From positions 829 through 64,828 of the forward strand of contig CAZCQP010000007.1 in assembly GCA_964500895.1 (NCBI GenBank): a stretch of 64,000 nucleotides of DNA, in the 5' to 3' direction. The notes beneath the pieces were generated by a model that worked only from the letters and a program-made list of their open reading frames with translations, was not told the DNA's origin and made no database searches. The position numbers and the translations under genes were made by a program. How positions within the stretch are numbered: the first letter of the stretch is position 1; each line of letters opens with the position of its first letter. Source of the stretch: an uncultured Eubacteriales bacterium. GTDB taxonomy: Bacteria; Bacillota; Clostridia; Lachnospirales; JAISER01. Below, piece by piece: positions 62,564 to 64,000 of the stretch.

Positions 62564-64000
62564 TTGAATTTAAAACTTTCAAAAAAAGAAATACGCCTGA
62601 ATCTAAGCCTGCCCGTATGTTTTTTACTTCTTTTGCTAGCGTCGTTGGCGCTGGAAGCAGCCATGTTCTTTATTCAAATTAACGGCTGGCTGGAAGTTTT
62701 AAAGTGTGTGAGTGAAAGCCGTGGATTGTTACTTTTACTTAATTTTTTGCCTATTTTCTTACCTATGCTCTTTTTGTTTTTTGTGTCTGGTAACCTGGTG
62801 TTTTCTGCGGGTACAGTAGGGGTTGTGGTGATGGTGCTGTCCGTGGCCAACCGGTTTAAAATGGCGTACCGTTTCGCCCCGTTAATGCCCTGGGATTTTA
62901 TGCTGGGGGGCGAAGTGCTGGGCATTGCTAAAAGTTTCGGGCCGAAGATGCTGTTTGCGGTGGTTTTTGGCCTGTTATTGGTAATTATTGCCTGGGTTGT
63001 GGTGTTTTTAGTGGTGAAACACAAGCCCCTGCCACTTACCTGGCGGGTAGTGGGGGGGCTGGTTTTGCTTTGCTCTATGGCATTGGTGAACAACACACTG
63101 CTTTCCAATAGAGCCATTAACCGGGAACTTTTAGTTATTGGCAATGTACTGAACCCTTTAAACCAGTTTAACGCCAAAGGTTTTGTTTATCAGTTTATAT
63201 ACACCTGGAACACCGAAAAAATAACCAAACCCCAAGGCTATGACGAACAGCGTATTGAAGCGGTCATGGCTGAATATGCACCGGCGGATGACACCGATGC
63301 AAACCAGAAGTCTCCCCACTTGTTTTTAATATTAGGTGAAGCGTTTACAGAAATGCCCCTTAGCCCGGTTTTAAGCTTCCAGGGCTACGACGACCCGTTA
63401 CGCAACTACAAAACCATTAAAGCAGAATCGGCGGCAGGAAACCTGATTGTGGCCAATGTGGGGGGTGGAACGGCAGACACAGAGTTTGATATGCTCACAG
63501 GCATTAACGTCCGCCAGTTCCGCCGGGTGCCTTATGGCAACTTGCTCATTACCAAGCCCCAAAACGCCATGCCCCGTGTGTTAAGTGAATTGGGCTACAG
63601 CACCCATGCCACCCATTTGGGTTACCCTTGGTTTTACAACCGGCAAAATGTGTTTCCCTATTTGGGCTTTGATCAGTTTACCTCTGTGAGTGATATTGAC
63701 AATCTGGTGGAAAAGGGCATGTACGCCCGGGAAGATTTAACCTATGACCGGGTGATGGAGGATTTTAACACCCATGTGGCCCAAAACCCCAATAACCCTT
63801 TATTCAGCTTTGTTATCACCATTCAAAATCACGGCCCGTACCCAGACAAGTATGGCACAGACGTGGCCCAAAACTTTAACAGCACGGTCAATTTCAGCCC
63901 GGAAGATGTCAATGCCTTGTCCAACTACTTTTTGGGCATGGTGGACATGGACCGGGAATTGGGGCGGTTTATTGATGCTTTTCGTGAATCGCCTGAGCCT
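62564..64000 (+). CDS. LTA-synthase/sulfatase-family membrane protein, partial (continues beyond window end)
   Basis: My own translation from TTG 62564 (after AGAGGGA) stays open to 64000. It has N-terminal TM helices, then LFLILGEAFTEMP and GGGTADTEFDMLTG (alkaline-phosphatase-superfamily metal site). It is absent from the track because it has no stop. Confidence 0.8.
   Translation, partial: MNLKLSKKEIRLNLSLPVCFLLLLLASLALEAAMFFIQINGWLEVLKCVSESRGLLLLLNFLPIFLPMLFLFFVSGNLVFSAGTVGVVVMVLSVANRFKMAYRFAPLMPWDFMLGGEVLGIAKSFGPKMLFAVVFGLLLVIIAWVVVFLVVKHKPLPLTWRVVGGLVLLCSMALVNNTLLSNRAINRELLVIGNVLNPLNQFNAKGFVYQFIYTWNTEKITKPQGYDEQRIEAVMAEYAPADDTDANQKSPHLFLILGEAFTEMPLSPVLSFQGYDDPLRNYKTIKAESAAGNLIVANVGGGTADTEFDMLTGINVRQFRRVPYGNLLITKPQNAMPRVLSELGYSTHATHLGYPWFYNRQNVFPYLGFDQFTSVSDIDNLVEKGMYAREDLTYDRVMEDFNTHVAQNPNNPLFSFVITIQNHGPYPDKYGTDVAQNFNSTVNFSPEDVNALSNYFLGMVDMDRELGRFIDAFRESPEP

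Noticed and set aside
62674-63177. 167-aa minus-strand ORF.
   Set aside because: It is antisense to a longer open plus-strand frame (62564 to the window end) that encodes an LTA-synthase/sulfatase-family protein with clear TM helices and metal-site motifs.

Overview
Clostridia-like (Firmicutes) chromosomal segment of roughly 50% G+C, holding about 60 tightly packed genes. Most are core housekeeping genes. All calls come from reading the ORF translations and the DNA by eye; no searches or computations were run, so family names are recognition-level and several start codons are my re-picks based on SD position.

Main contents, left to right:
- corA (partial), a DJ-1/PfpI protein and a flavin-reductase-like protein.
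- A three-gene NuoE/NuoF/NuoG-GltD redox module (2308-8169).
- A secreted amidohydrolase.
- alaS.
- A Cys-rich mini-protein followed by a soluble PocR-MCP.
- The conserved PEGA-rsmB-rlmN-stp-prkC-rsgA-rpe-thiN operon.
- An AraC-controlled sugar ABC locus with a Gfo/Idh/MocA dehydrogenase and a ROK-like kinase.
- leuS-recR-ybaB-dnaX.
- A cupin, a TagO/WecA-like transferase, upp, an LMW-PTP::RpiB fusion, tsaC, a SEC-C protein, a USP-like protein and an LCP protein.
- psuK-psuG.
- A solitary tRNA-Arg(ACG).
- A pentapeptide-repeat K+ channel.
- An Opp/Dpp-type ABC operon.
- An IspD/TarI-like cytidylyltransferase and an aminotransferase.
- An isolated flagellin.
- An MsmX-type ATPase, then yitT-, tagA- and ltaS-like genes (the last is partial).

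I saw no CRISPR array, rRNA, transposase, integrase, prophage or recognisable defence system.

Items most worth a second look:
1. The flagellin, whose hypervariable domain carries an HExxH metallopeptidase motif.
2. The Bfu/Stn-type bifurcating-enzyme-like operon, whose C subunit appears to lack a catalytic Mo ligand.
3. A 300-bp GC-rich convergent intergenic region (31538-31840) built of nested inverted repeats, including a perfect 46-bp palindrome.
4. The alaS leader, with a consensus promoter, 5.5 heptamer repeats and no T-box.
5. A small membrane-protein gene whose protein-like frame extends upstream to an SD-positioned ATA codon, behind two tandem 34-nt repeats.
6. The pentapeptide-repeat/K+-channel fusion.
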